From Promethearchaeota archaeon (GTDB lineage: Archaea; Asgardarchaeota; Lokiarchaeia; Sigyniarchaeales; SOKP01): DNA of 64,000 nt. The position numbers were made by a program, and so were the translations under genes. This document shows positions 1 to 11,100 of the stretch, piece after piece (the first letter of the stretch is position 1; each line of letters opens with the position of its first letter). A model generated the notes under the pieces. The model was not told the origin of the DNA. It did no database searches and saw nothing but the letters and a program-made list of their open reading frames with translations. The stretch spans positions 1 through 64,000 of the forward strand of contig JABCSY010000006.1 of NCBI GenBank assembly GCA_018238625.1, given 5' to 3'.

Positions 1-32
1 ATATTGTAAACGATCCTGACTTTCAAATTAAA

Positions 33-794
33 GTGGAGTATTTAACTGATAAAATCTCGACTGTTTTTATGAATAGCGAAAAATCGTGGAATTTTGATAT
101 TACTCCTACAAGTATTTATAATTTTTACTCAAGTGAACCAGAGATCGCAAAAAGTATTAAAAATATATTTTCAAAAGAGAAGTCAGAATTAGATTCAAGT
201 ACAATTTTACCTGGCATTGAAGATAAACTTCAAAGAATTTTGGATATTAATCTTAAGCTTATGGATAAAGTTGCGGCCGAACTCTCAGAAGTTAAACGCG
301 TGCTATTCAGATTAGTACCCTCTGATATTTCGCAATCTCTGTTTGCAATTCCGTTTGAAAAGGTACCTATTGAATATATTTCAGACAACCAAAAATTAGA
401 AAGCAAAGATAAGAAGAAGAAAAAAAAAAGTAAAGATGCTGATCCATTCAAAAAAGGTAAAAAATTAAAAGGGGCTGCAGGACCCCCCAAACGATTAAAA
501 TCTATTACAACTCCAGAAGCTTTAGAAAAAGAAGATACTGAAAGTGATAAAATCACTGCGAAAAAAATAAAATCAGTAAAAGCATCGTTGTCGGCTACCT
601 CTCAAAAAACAACGCCACCCATAGCTCCTCAATCAGTCGCTAAACAAGGTTTCGTCACCCTTGATCCTCTAAAACCTCCGCCACCACCGCCAAAAATTAC
701 TATGAACGTTGGAAGTAATTCTGGACCGGCAAGAAGGGAAATAATATCTGAATTAAAGGATATGTTTGTAAAGCGAGGATTAGTTTCCAGATGA
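33..794 (+). CDS. Hypothetical protein (5' end outside window), Lys-rich linker, poly-Pro tract and C-terminal amphipathic WH2-like helix
   Basis: Frame is open back to the window start. Contains KDKKKKKKSK, PPPPPP and a terminal ARREIISELKDMFVKRG. Confidence 0.6.
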   Translation: MEYLTDKISTVFMNSEKSWNFDITPTSIYNFYSSEPEIAKSIKNIFSKEKSELDSSTILPGIEDKLQRILDINLKLMDKVAAELSEVKRVLFRLVPSDISQSLFAIPFEKVPIEYISDNQKLESKDKKKKKKSKDADPFKKGKKLKGAAGPPKRLKSITTPEALEKEDTESDKITAKKIKSVKASLSATSQKTTPPIAPQSVAKQGFVTLDPLKPPPPPPKITMNVGSNSGPARREIISELKDMFVKRGLVSR

Positions 795-990
795 TATTAA
801 AATATTTTTTTAATAGGTCATAATCAAGAATATTCTCAAACAACACATTTATTTAATATTTTAGATAAATACAAATTAAGTATAGTAAAAATTAATGGTT
901 TAAAGAAAATATTTACACTTTAATATCTTAACTAATTCAATATATTATTGATAGCAATGTAAAATTTTATTTTATTAGACTATTTAACAG

Positions 991-1740
991 GTGAACATAA
1001 TTTCTAAAAATGAAAAAGAAAAAAAAGATTATTATTCTGGAAAGAAGAGAATCTCTGTTTACATTTCAGATGAAGTTGAAGAAGAATGGCATGAGTTTAT
1101 AAAACAAAATAATATTTCGTCAATTTCCAAATTGGTTAGAGAGGGTATAAATTACTATATCAAAGAAAAATCGAGCCTAATGAGCCAAGATTTATCTGTT
1201 TTCACCCATTCATTAAAAGAGAGATTTACTATAATAAAGGGAAATCTACAATTAATACTTGAAAAACATCAAAAGGATCTTAATAAAGATGTTTTAAAAA
1301 TTATAAATCATTTACTAGACGAAATTAAGCAGTTCGAAGAGCGGTTTATATTCAAATTAGAAAAACCTCATGAAAGAGCCGCTCAATATGATATTCTTTT
1401 AATCGAAGATGATTTATCTACAATCGAATTAGTTACTAATTTTTTCGAGGCAAAAGGTTATATATGTAAAGGAGTTATCACAGGCGCGAAAGGTCTCGAA
1501 GAATTGACTTTTAACATCCCAAAATTGATTCTATTGGATATTATTTTACCTGATGTTAGCGGATTTACAATTTGTAAGAAAATAAAGTATAGTGAAAAGT
1601 TTAGCAACATTCCTATCATCTATCTAACCGCAGTCCCAGGAAATAAAGTAAATGAAAAAATCGAAGAAACTAAAGCGGATGGCTACATATTAAAACCTTT
1701 CGACCTTTCGGATTTTGAAATTGTGTTCCAATATTTTTAA
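991..1740 (+). CDS. Response regulator with N-terminal ribbon-helix-helix and HisKA-like segment
   Basis: KKRISVYISDEVEEEW...SISKLVREGI (RHH pattern), THSLKERFTIIKG (H-box-like), receiver ILLIEDD...ILLDIILPD...YILKPF. Confidence 0.75.
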   Translation: MNIISKNEKEKKDYYSGKKRISVYISDEVEEEWHEFIKQNNISSISKLVREGINYYIKEKSSLMSQDLSVFTHSLKERFTIIKGNLQLILEKHQKDLNKDVLKIINHLLDEIKQFEERFIFKLEKPHERAAQYDILLIEDDLSTIELVTNFFEAKGYICKGVITGAKGLEELTFNIPKLILLDIILPDVSGFTICKKIKYSEKFSNIPIIYLTAVPGNKVNEKIEETKADGYILKPFDLSDFEIVFQYF

Positions 1741-1763
1741 TATTTCTTTATCTCTCCAAAATA

Positions 1764-4178
1764 TTATTTAATCGGAAGGGAAAAGTGGAATTCCGATCCC
1801 TTACTTCTTCCTTCAGACTCAGCCCAGATTTTACCTCCATGCAATTCTATAATTTCTTTTGAAATATATAACCCCATCCCCATTCCTCCAACTGTTATAT
1901 CCCATCCTTTACCGTATCTTTCAATTTTTCCGAAAGGTTTAAACAAAAGGTTTTTTTCTTCTTCAGTTAAACCTATACCATTGTCCTTCACTGAGATCGT
2001 TAAAAAGTTTTTGTCAATGCTAGATTTAATCGAGATTTTTCCACCTTGAGGTGTATAGTCTATTGCGTTTATCAGAATATTAGATATTACAGTATAAATT
2101 TTTTCCTTATCTATGGTCGTAATTAATTTTTCGTCTAGAGACACATTAATAGTGTGTTCTCTCATTCCAATAAAACCTTCTAATTCATGTAATACCTCCT
2201 GAATCAAATCAGATACATCTTCTCGTCTTAAGTTCACTCGGATTACTGCTTTCTCTAATTGAGAACCTTCCATAAATGAGTTTATTAAAGCTTCCAACCG
2301 ATTACTTCCTTCTTTGATTCTCCTCAAAAAAGATAGTATTTTTTCATCTAGATTCACTTTGTATTCCGTTAATAAAAAGTCAGCAAAACCTTTAATAGAA
2401 ATGAGGGGCGTCTTGAATTCGTGGGAAAATCGTGTTAGTAAGCTCGATTTTATTTCTTCAATTTCCTTACTTTCAGTTATATCCTGTAGCCACAATCGTA
2501 TATTTATTAATTCACCATTTTCCGAAATAGTATATTTCCTCGTTCCCGATAGCCATTTTAGCTTTCCCTCCTTTGAATATATTCTAAATTCCACATCCCT
2601 GTCTCCATGCGACTTAAGAAGTTCTTCAAGATCCTCTGGATGTAATATTTTATAAAAGATACTATCATCTTTCAATTCTTCCCTTGAATACCCAACGATT
2701 TCTAATAATTTAGGGTTAACATACGAAATATTATTTAGCAATAGGTCAATTTCTATTAAACCCATAACAGCAGTCTCAAGTAAACCACGATGTTTTGCTT
2801 CTGATTCTATCAATTTCTGTTCGGCAATTTTACGTTCTGTTATATCAACTGAAGTCCCAATAATTCCCTTGATTTCCCCATTCTCATCAATGTATGGGAT
2901 TTTAGTTGATATAACCCATTTTAAGCCATCGACCGTCTCCCATTTTTCTTCTATATTTAATTTTGGTTTTCCACTATTAATTACTTCTAAATCATCTCTC
3001 TTTAAATTTGTAGCGAGTTCTTGAGGAAACAAATCAAAGGTCGATTTACCAATGATATCTTCTTTTTCGAGTTTTAGATAATCAGCAAAGACTTGATTTA
3101 CCCTAGTATATATACCACTTTTATTTTTTACAAAAATCATACTAGGGATAATATCCATTATAGTTTCTAATTCAATACTTAAATTTTTGTATTTTTTTTC
3201 TGAATTTCGTAATTCTTCTTCGGCAATTTTGCGATCAGTGATTTCCTCAAATGTGACTAAAATTCCGTTAACATCTCCTTTGGTTTCGATGAGAGGGACT
3301 CTACTTACATCTAACCAGATATTTTTTCCCTTCTCAATAATCCAAGATTCATTTGTATGATATGATGATTTACCCGATAACATAACACTGGTTTCACTTT
3401 CCCTAATTTGTTGAATCTTCTCTCTATTAGAGAGTAAATCTTCATCTGTTTTCCCTATTATACTTTCAGGATGTTCTATGCCAATGAACTCGGAATAATT
3501 ACCATTACAGCCCAAGTATTTAAAGTTTGTATCTTTCCAAAATACACATTGAGGGATATTCTTAATAATTACTTTTAGCATTTCAGAAGTAGTACGAATA
3601 ACGCGTTCATATTTACTGGGGGTAAAGACTTTCCAAAATTGAATTTCTGGAAAAGAATTCGTTATTTTTTGATAATTTTCTTCTTTTTTTTCTAACCTTT
3701 CTTCTAATACCTTGACTTTAGATATGTTCTTCAAAGTAATTAATATCTTTCTTTGATTGTTGTAATCTTTTATCCTTCTAGCTTTTATTTCATACCAAAT
3801 AAATTGATTCTTGTTATTTTTTAACCTAATTTCAGGTATGAAATCATGAGATTTTGGTCTTCTAAACAGAACCTTGGTTATTTTCTTAGCATCATCGGGA
3901 TGAACGAATTCATATATTTCTCGTCCAATTATTTCATCAGGTTGATAGCCTAATTCATCATAGATATAAGGATTAACATAAGTAAAAATCCCATTTAAAT
4001 CTAATTCTCCTACTACATCTAAAATATTGTCTATTAAGAAGTGATATTTTTTCTCATAAAGGTTTGATGATTTTTTTTCTACTAACAAGTGCATTTCTCC
4101 TCCCATGAATTTTTGTTTTGTAAATTTTAACAAATAGAAATTTTCGTGGAAATAATTATACATATAATTATTAACCAA
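1764..4178 (-). CDS. Multi-PAS sensor histidine kinase (true start probably near 4106)
   Basis: Several PAS/PAC repeats (HPDD, DITERK), H-box SHEFKTPL, N-box NILINAI, G-boxes DNGIG and GMGMGL. Confidence 0.92.
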   Translation of the reverse strand: MVNNYMYNYFHENFYLLKFTKQKFMGGEMHLLVEKKSSNLYEKKYHFLIDNILDVVGELDLNGIFTYVNPYIYDELGYQPDEIIGREIYEFVHPDDAKKITKVLFRRPKSHDFIPEIRLKNNKNQFIWYEIKARRIKDYNNQRKILITLKNISKVKVLEERLEKKEENYQKITNSFPEIQFWKVFTPSKYERVIRTTSEMLKVIIKNIPQCVFWKDTNFKYLGCNGNYSEFIGIEHPESIIGKTDEDLLSNREKIQQIRESETSVMLSGKSSYHTNESWIIEKGKNIWLDVSRVPLIETKGDVNGILVTFEEITDRKIAEEELRNSEKKYKNLSIELETIMDIIPSMIFVKNKSGIYTRVNQVFADYLKLEKEDIIGKSTFDLFPQELATNLKRDDLEVINSGKPKLNIEEKWETVDGLKWVISTKIPYIDENGEIKGIIGTSVDITERKIAEQKLIESEAKHRGLLETAVMGLIEIDLLLNNISYVNPKLLEIVGYSREELKDDSIFYKILHPEDLEELLKSHGDRDVEFRIYSKEGKLKWLSGTRKYTISENGELINIRLWLQDITESKEIEEIKSSLLTRFSHEFKTPLISIKGFADFLLTEYKVNLDEKILSFLRRIKEGSNRLEALINSFMEGSQLEKAVIRVNLRREDVSDLIQEVLHELEGFIGMREHTINVSLDEKLITTIDKEKIYTVISNILINAIDYTPQGGKISIKSSIDKNFLTISVKDNGIGLTEEEKNLLFKPFGKIERYGKGWDITVGGMGMGLYISKEIIELHGGKIWAESEGRSKGSEFHFSLPIK

Positions 4179-4447
4179 ATACCCTATACAAAGGTGTATT
4201 AAGTAAAATTAGTATTTAAAATAATTGCTCGAATTAGTTGGTTGTACTAAAATCATCTTGATATTACCCATGTACAAATAATATAGTGATTAAGCAACAA
4301 CTTTTATAATTTACACTATAAATTGGATTAAATTTATATTTATTTACCTTTACTTCTTATACAATATATAAAAAATGTACATAAATTTCTTAATTTGCAC
4401 CTAATAATAAGCATAATGTTTATAAAAGAACACATAAATAAGAGGGG

Positions 4448-5005
4448 TTGAAAATGGTAAATTATAGAAATAGTACGAAAAAGGGCTATACAAGAAGCTT
4501 TGAAGAAGCAGAAATGATATTGGACAATATTCCAGGATTTGTTTTTTATAAGGATACTATTGGGAGTATTCCCAATCTACTACAACGTATAAATGTTGAA
4601 CAAGAATTAGCTAAAAGTGAAAGATTACTATCAACAACATTAAGAAGTATAGGTGATGCAGTTATTTCCACAAATAGTAAAGGTAATGTATCGTTTTTAA
4701 ATCCAGTTGCCGAATCTTTAACTGGTTGGAAACAAAGTGAAGCTATAGGAAATCCTATAGAAGATGTCTTTAATATAATTAATGAAAAAACACGTAAACG
4801 GGTAAAAAATCCTGTATCGAGAGTCTTTCAAGAAGGCATCATTGTCGGTCTAGCGAACCATACTATCTTAATAGCTTATGAGCTCCATGCGAATTGTTTT
4901 ATCACCAAGCCTGTTGATATGGATCAATTTATCGAAGTTGTAAAATCTATCGAGAATTTTTGGTTTTCTATCGTAAAACTACCACCAAACAAGAATTTTC
5001 ATTGA
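4448..5005 (+). pseudogene. Chimeric ORF: PAS fragments fused to a duplicated receiver C-terminus
   Basis: PAS start ([12 protein letters not shown]) is cut short. A second PAS ([10 protein letters not shown]...LANHTILIA) joins [14 protein letters not shown]..., the near-identical tail of 7446-7913. Confidence 0.65.
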
Positions 5006-5007
5006 AA
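4875..5007 (+). repeat. 133-bp direct repeat, copy 1 (copy 2 at 7783-7915)
   Basis: Manual alignment: 129/133 identical. Confidence 0.9.
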
Positions 5008-5032
5008 ATAAAGTACCCGACTGAAATAAAGG

Positions 5033-7300
5033 ATGAGAATAATAAATTCTATATTAAAAGATCGGAAAGAAACAATCAGATATATAGTTGTAGTCGCTTC
5101 AATATCAATACTATGTTTTTTAACATATTATTTTGAAATCATAATTAAAGTCCATATAATTTATTCCCATTTGTTTTATTTTCCAATTATTTTGGGGTGT
5201 TATTGGTGGAAAAAAAAAGGGCTAATTGTACCTTTCTTTTTATCGGGAATTTTAATTTTCTTTTCTTTTCTTGGTGGAGGAACGGTTACTGTTATAATTG
5301 AAGGATTTGTACGAACTATAATATTTACATTTGTTGGTTTCAGTGTTTCATTTTTAAGTCAAATTATCTCAAAAAATGAACGTTATTTAAGAGAATCCAA
5401 TGAAATGTTAGAACAACGTGTTAAAGATCGCACAGCCGATTTAGCTCTTGCAAACGAAAAATTAAACAAAGCACAAGAGCAATTGAATTCTGTTCTTTCA
5501 AGCTTAAAAGATATCGTTTTTGTCATATCAGAAGACTACAAAATTTTGTTTAAGAATGAAACTGCTCACGAAATATTCGGAAAAGAATTAATTGGAGAAG
5601 TCTGTTATAAAGTAATAAAAGGACAAAGCCAAGTGTGCGAGATTTGTCCTATAAAGACATTTGCAGAAAGCAACTTGTGTCAATTACGATTTGAACAATG
5701 CGTAAAAACACCCCTTCTTAAGGGGGAAAGAGTTTTTGATATTATTACCTCACCAATCAAAAATTACACCGGGCAACCGGCAATAGTAGAAACATTAAGA
5801 GATATTACCGATCGAAAGCAGGCAGAGGAAGAATTAAGGAAAGCCAAGACCTTTTCTGAATCAATAATAGATAGTTTACCAGGAATTTTTTATTTTTTTG
5901 ATGAGAAGGGCAAATTTCTTAGATGGAACATAAATTTTGAAGAAGTTTCTGAATACTCATCTGAAGAGATATCAAGAATGAGCATGCTTGATTTCTTTAA
6001 AGGAAAAGATAAAAAAATTATGGCTGAGAGAATTCAAGAAGTATTTATTAAAGGCAAATCTACAGCAGAAGCGGAGTTCATATCCAAAAGTAGTAAAAAA
6101 ACTCCTTATTATTTTACGGGGCTACGTATAATGATTGGTAATATACCTTATCTTGGAGGAATGGGAATAAACATTGCCGAACGTAAAAAGATCGAAGAGG
6201 AATTAAAAAAAAAAGCAAACAGTCTAGATAATGCTCAAAGAATTGCTCATATAGGTAATTGGGATTGGGATATTGTGAAGAATGAATTATTTTGGTCTGA
6301 CGAGATTTATCGGATTTTTGGTTTAAATTCGCTGGAATTTGGTGCAACATATGAAGCATTTGTGAATACGATCCATCCAGATGATCGAGAATTAGTACAG
6401 ATTTCTGTAGATGAAGCTTTACATGATAATAAACCTTATAGCATTGATCACCGTATTATTTTACCAAATGGTTCAATCCGCATTGTTCATGAACAAGCTG
6501 AGGTTAATTTTGACGAGGCTGGTAAAGCCCTTAAAATGGTTGGAACGGTTCAGGACATTACTGATCGCAAGAAAGCAGAAGATGAACTTAAAGCAACATT
6601 GAAAGATTTAAAGCGGTCAAATACTGAATTAGAGCAGTTCGCATATATAGCCTCCCACGATCTTCAAGAACCATTGCGGATGGTTGCAAGTTTTACACAA
6701 TTATTACAAAATCGTTATCAAGATAAATTGGATGAAGATGCTAATGATTTTATAAATTTCGCTGTTGATGGCGCTACTAGGATGCAGAATTTGATCAATG
6801 ATTTATTGATTTTTTCACGAGTAGGAACGCGTGGTAATCCTTTTAAAAAAATAGATATGGGCGCTGTTTTAGAAGGTGTAATTGCTACTTTTAGGCAATT
6901 AATTAAAGAAACCAACGCAACACTCACTTACAATTCCTTACCAATGATTTTCGCAGATGGATCCCAAATGATAGAACTACTACAAAATTTAATCTCTAAT
7001 GCTATTAAATTTAGGACTGAAGAACCTCCACGTATTCACGTATCAGGAGAGGTTAAAGCAGATAAATGGATCTTCTCTGTGATTGATAATGGAATTGGGA
7101 TTGATTCTCAATATTTCGATCGGATTTTTATTATTTTTCAGCGCTTACATAAAAAAGATGAATTTGGTGGTACTGGAATAGGATTGGCTATATGCAAAAA
7201 AATTGTAGAACGACACGGTGGTAAAATTTGGGTGGAATCAGAATTAGGAAAAGGTTCCACTTTTTACTTCTCAATTCCAAAAATAGAGGTTAGAAAATAA
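5033..7300 (+). CDS. Membrane-anchored PAS sensor histidine kinase (Cph1-like transmitter)
   Basis: N-terminal hydrophobic helices, PAS domains, FAYIASHDLQEPLR, QNLISNAIKF, GTGIGLAICKK. Confidence 0.93.
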   Translation: MRIINSILKDRKETIRYIVVVASISILCFLTYYFEIIIKVHIIYSHLFYFPIILGCYWWKKKGLIVPFFLSGILIFFSFLGGGTVTVIIEGFVRTIIFTFVGFSVSFLSQIISKNERYLRESNEMLEQRVKDRTADLALANEKLNKAQEQLNSVLSSLKDIVFVISEDYKILFKNETAHEIFGKELIGEVCYKVIKGQSQVCEICPIKTFAESNLCQLRFEQCVKTPLLKGERVFDIITSPIKNYTGQPAIVETLRDITDRKQAEEELRKAKTFSESIIDSLPGIFYFFDEKGKFLRWNINFEEVSEYSSEEISRMSMLDFFKGKDKKIMAERIQEVFIKGKSTAEAEFISKSSKKTPYYFTGLRIMIGNIPYLGGMGINIAERKKIEEELKKKANSLDNAQRIAHIGNWDWDIVKNELFWSDEIYRIFGLNSLEFGATYEAFVNTIHPDDRELVQISVDEALHDNKPYSIDHRIILPNGSIRIVHEQAEVNFDEAGKALKMVGTVQDITDRKKAEDELKATLKDLKRSNTELEQFAYIASHDLQEPLRMVASFTQLLQNRYQDKLDEDANDFINFAVDGATRMQNLINDLLIFSRVGTRGNPFKKIDMGAVLEGVIATFRQLIKETNATLTYNSLPMIFADGSQMIELLQNLISNAIKFRTEEPPRIHVSGEVKADKWIFSVIDNGIGIDSQYFDRIFIIFQRLHKKDEFGGTGIGLAICKKIVERHGGKIWVESELGKGSTFYFSIPKIEVRK

Positions 7301-7445
7301 CGATATTCAAGATAAATTTCAACAAATTAAAATTTATTTACTTGATATATTAATAAATAAATAAAAACCTATATGTGAAATGAGTATAAGTACTTAAGTC
7401 AAATCTAAAATTAAATATAGTATAGTTATAAAAGAAAATAAATAT

Positions 7446-7913
7446 GTGAAAAAAATGAGTTTAAGTAAAGGAATTAGACCTGTTGAGATATTACTGGTAG
7501 AAGATAATCCTGGTGACATTCGTTTAACAAAAGAAGCCATGAAAGAAGCTAAAATTATTAATAATCTTAATGTGGTTGAAGATGGTGTAGAAGCCTTAGC
7601 GTATTTAAGAAAAAAAGGGAAATTTAAGGACGCTAATCGCCCAGACATGATCCTCTTAGATATAAATTTGCCGAAGAAAAATGGTCGCGAAGTATTGGCT
7701 GAAATTAAGCAAGATAAAAATCTTAAACAAATTCCTGTAATAATTCTTACAGTATCTAAGGCAGAAGAGGACATTATCAAAACTTATGAGCTCCATGCGA
7801 ATTGTTTTATCACCAAGCCTGTTGATATGGATCAATTTATCAAAGTTGTAAAATCTATTGAGGATTTTTGGTTTTCTGTCGTAAAACTACCACCAAACAA
7901 GAATTTTCATTGA
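7446..7913 (+). CDS. Single-domain response regulator (Rcp1-like)
   Basis: [32 protein letters not shown] motif. Confidence 0.93.
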   Translation: MKKMSLSKGIRPVEILLVEDNPGDIRLTKEAMKEAKIINNLNVVEDGVEALAYLRKKGKFKDANRPDMILLDINLPKKNGREVLAEIKQDKNLKQIPVIILTVSKAEEDIIKTYELHANCFITKPVDMDQFIKVVKSIEDFWFSVVKLPPNKNFH

Positions 7914-7915
7914 AA
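7783..7915 (+). repeat. 133-bp direct repeat, copy 2
   Basis: Matches 4875-5007 with 4 mismatches. Confidence 0.9.
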
Positions 7916-8014
7916 CATTATGAGTTATTAATGATGAGAACGAAATATTAATTTTAAAAATTATAAAAGATAAGATATTGTAGAATATCGTAAAAAAAGG
8001 GTTTAAAATTTAAG

Positions 8015-8149
8015 ATGGAAAGCAATAAACCAGATTTAAAGACGATAAATAAAAAGGTTAATTCGGGAGCTCGCGCTTATTTAATTAAAAGAAATATTTT
8101 TTCAGTATTATTAGAACACTCAATTTTCAATGCAATATTAAAAATCTAG
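8015..8149 (+). pseudogene. Degenerate receiver-domain remnant (44 codons)
   Basis: Translates to ...KKVNSGARAYLIKRNIFSVLLEHSIFNAI, similar to KAVKAGAQDYLVKGQIESNSLILSIFHAI of 11783-14011. Confidence 0.5.
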
Positions 8150-8191
8150 AATGAAAATAATTTATTGAATTTACTGTAAAAAAAGAATTAA

Positions 8192-11100
8192 TTGATTTTT
8201 TTGAACTTTAATAAAGTTAAAACAAATGAACAAAAATTAAAAGAATCTGAAGAAAAGTTCAGAACCATATCTGAACAATCATTAATGGGTATTGCTATAC
8301 TTCAGGACGACAGATATAAGTACGTTAATCAAGCAGCGGCAGATATGCTTGGATATACAGTTGAAGAATTGTTGGATACTCCACAGGGGGGTTTTATGAA
8401 TTACATTCATCCCGAAGACAGAGAATTTGTTCGTGAGCAAGCAACGAAGAAACAGATGGGAATGAAGGATGTTATAACAAAATACCAGTATCGAGGTTTA
8501 ACAAAACTGGGTGAGACTATTTGGGTTCAAAATTATTCTTGTACTATTACTTATGAAGGAAAACACGCAGATCTAATTACTATGATTGATTTCACAGAAA
8601 AAGTTAAAGCAAAGGCTGAAATCCACAAATTGAGCGTATATAATCGTAATCTAATTGAAGTGAGTTTAGACCCATTAGCAACAATCGATCAAGATGGAAA
8701 GATTATGGATGTAAATTTCGCTACAGAGACAATTACAGGCCAATCTCGCGAAGAATTGATAGGAACTGAGTTTTCGTCGTATTTCACCGAGCCTGAGAAA
8801 GCAACTGAAGGATATAAAAGGGTTTTTGAGACGGGTTCGGTTCGGGACTACGAATTGGGTCTCCAGCATGTAGATGGGCATGTGACGCCAGTACTATATA
8901 ATGCTTCGATTTTTAAAGACGAAAATGGTAAAGTTATGGGGGTATTTGTCGCAGCACGAGACATTACTAATCGAAAAAAAATCGAGGAAGAACTTAGAGA
9001 ATCTGAAGAAAAGTATAGATTAATCTCAGAAAACGCAAATGATTTAATCGCCATTCTAAATAGCAAATTTGAACACGAATATATAAACGAAGAGACTTAT
9101 CAAAGAATTTTAGGTTATTCTAACGAGGATATGCTGGGGAAAACACGACACGACATCGTTCATCCAGCAGATACCAAGCAAGCTTTTAAAGTGTTAAAAG
9201 ATGGTTTTAAAAGGGGCGAAGGAACGGGCGAATTAAGGCTTCGACACAAAAATGGAAATTACATTTGGGTAGAAACTAAAGGACGAACCTTTAAGGGCTC
9301 TGATGGTCTATTAAAAGCGCTTACGGTCTCAAGAGATATAACTGAACGAAAATTGTCAGAACAACGCTTAAAAGAATCTGAGGAAAAATTTCGATATTTT
9401 TTTAATAACGCACAAATAGGATTATTTTGGTCAAGAATTAGTGATGGCAAATTTCTTGAGTGTAATAATACTTTTGCTAAATTAGTTGGATATGACACAC
9501 GAGAGGAATGTTTAGCAGATTATATTGCTCTTGAGCATTATGTGGATTTAAATACGCGAAATAAAATGTTAGAAGAAATCCGTATTAATAATGAAATAAA
9601 GGATTTTGAAATACAAGTCACCAAAAGAGACGGCACTCCCTTTTGGGCGAGTATCTCTGCTCGAACAGATCTAAAAGAAAATCGTTTAGAAGGTGCTGCT
9701 ATTGATATCACTGCGCGCAAGAAAGCAGAACAGAAATTAAAAGAATCCGAAGAAAAGTATCGAAGTATACTTAAAAGAATTAAAGAGAGTTATTTTGAAG
9801 TTGATCTAAGAGGTAATTATACTTTTTTTAATAACTCTTTAGTTGAAGTCCTTGGATACTCTAAAGATGAATTACTTGGTTTAAATTTTGGTCGTCTCAT
9901 GGATAAGGAAAATAAACGGAAGGTGTTTAAAGTGTTTAACGAAGTCTACAACAGTAGTAAAGAAAAAGAGAATTTTCAATTCGAAGTTATGAAGAAAAAT
10001 GGAGAAATAATAGCAGCTGAAACTTCTATATATTTAAAATACGATCAAGATGGAAATAAAATTGGATTTGGTGGCATAGTACGTGATATAACTGACCGCA
10101 AGAAAGCGGAGAAAGCGCTTAAGGAGAGTGAAGCCAGATTCAAGGGGATTTTTGAGTCTAAAATGATTGGTACATTTTTCTGGGATGCAAATGGCGATAT
10201 TACCAACGCTAATGATGTCTATCTTGAGATGGTAGGATATTCTAAGGATGAAGTTCTTTCTGGAACTGTACGCTGGAAGGATTTAACACCCCCGGAATAT
10301 ACAGATCTTGATAATAAAGCTTTAGAGGAGATTACTACTAAGGGTGTAATGACCCCCATCGAAAAAGAATACATTCGTAAAAATGGAAGCCGCTTTCCCA
10401 TTCTTATAGGTGGATCGGCATTACCTGGTTCTACACTTGGCGGTGTGAGTTTTGCTCTGGACATTACCGAGCGCAAGAAAGGGGAACAGATAATCAAAAA
10501 TTTATTAGAAAAATTAAGGCGAATTAATATCGAACTCGAGCAGTTTGCTTATGTAGCATCCCATGATCTAAAAGAACCTCTTCGAATGATTTTAAGTTTT
10601 GCCCGACTATTGGCAAGACACTATAAAGGCAAAGTAGATGAGGATGCTGATGACTTTATTGATTTTATAGTTGCTGGAGCTATGAGAATGCAAAAATTGA
10701 TAAATGCTTTGTTATCTTATTCTCAAATCGGGAGAAGCGATAAACAATTCAGATTGATTGATGTAGATATCGTTTTAAAAGAAGTTATTGCTAATTTAAG
10801 GCACTTAATTGAAGAATCAAACACAATCATTACTATTGATCCTTTACCTAAATTAGTAGCAAATGAGGTGGAATTTATTCAATTATTTCAAAATTTAATT
10901 TCTAATGCTATAAAGTTCCATGGAGAAAGTCCTCCTCTTATTCATGTTTCAGTAAAACTTCAAAAAAAACAGTGGATATTTTCTGTTCGCGATAATGGGA
11001 TAGGGATTGATTCAAAGGACTATAAGCGAATTTTCATAATCTTTCAGCGCTTACGTACAAAGTACGAATATGAGGGCACTGGAATAGGCTTATCCATATG

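Noticed and set aside
4550-4585. Palindrome ATTGGGA-GTAT-TCCCAAT as a third BHB intron
   Set aside because: No 3-nt bulge/4-bp helix geometry, no GAA^A...AT signature, and removal restores no motif.
4875-7915. 133-bp repeat pair as a DGR template/variable repeat
   Set aside because: Mismatches are not confined to adenines of one copy (G/A, C/T, A/G, A/G), and no reverse transcriptase is in the window.
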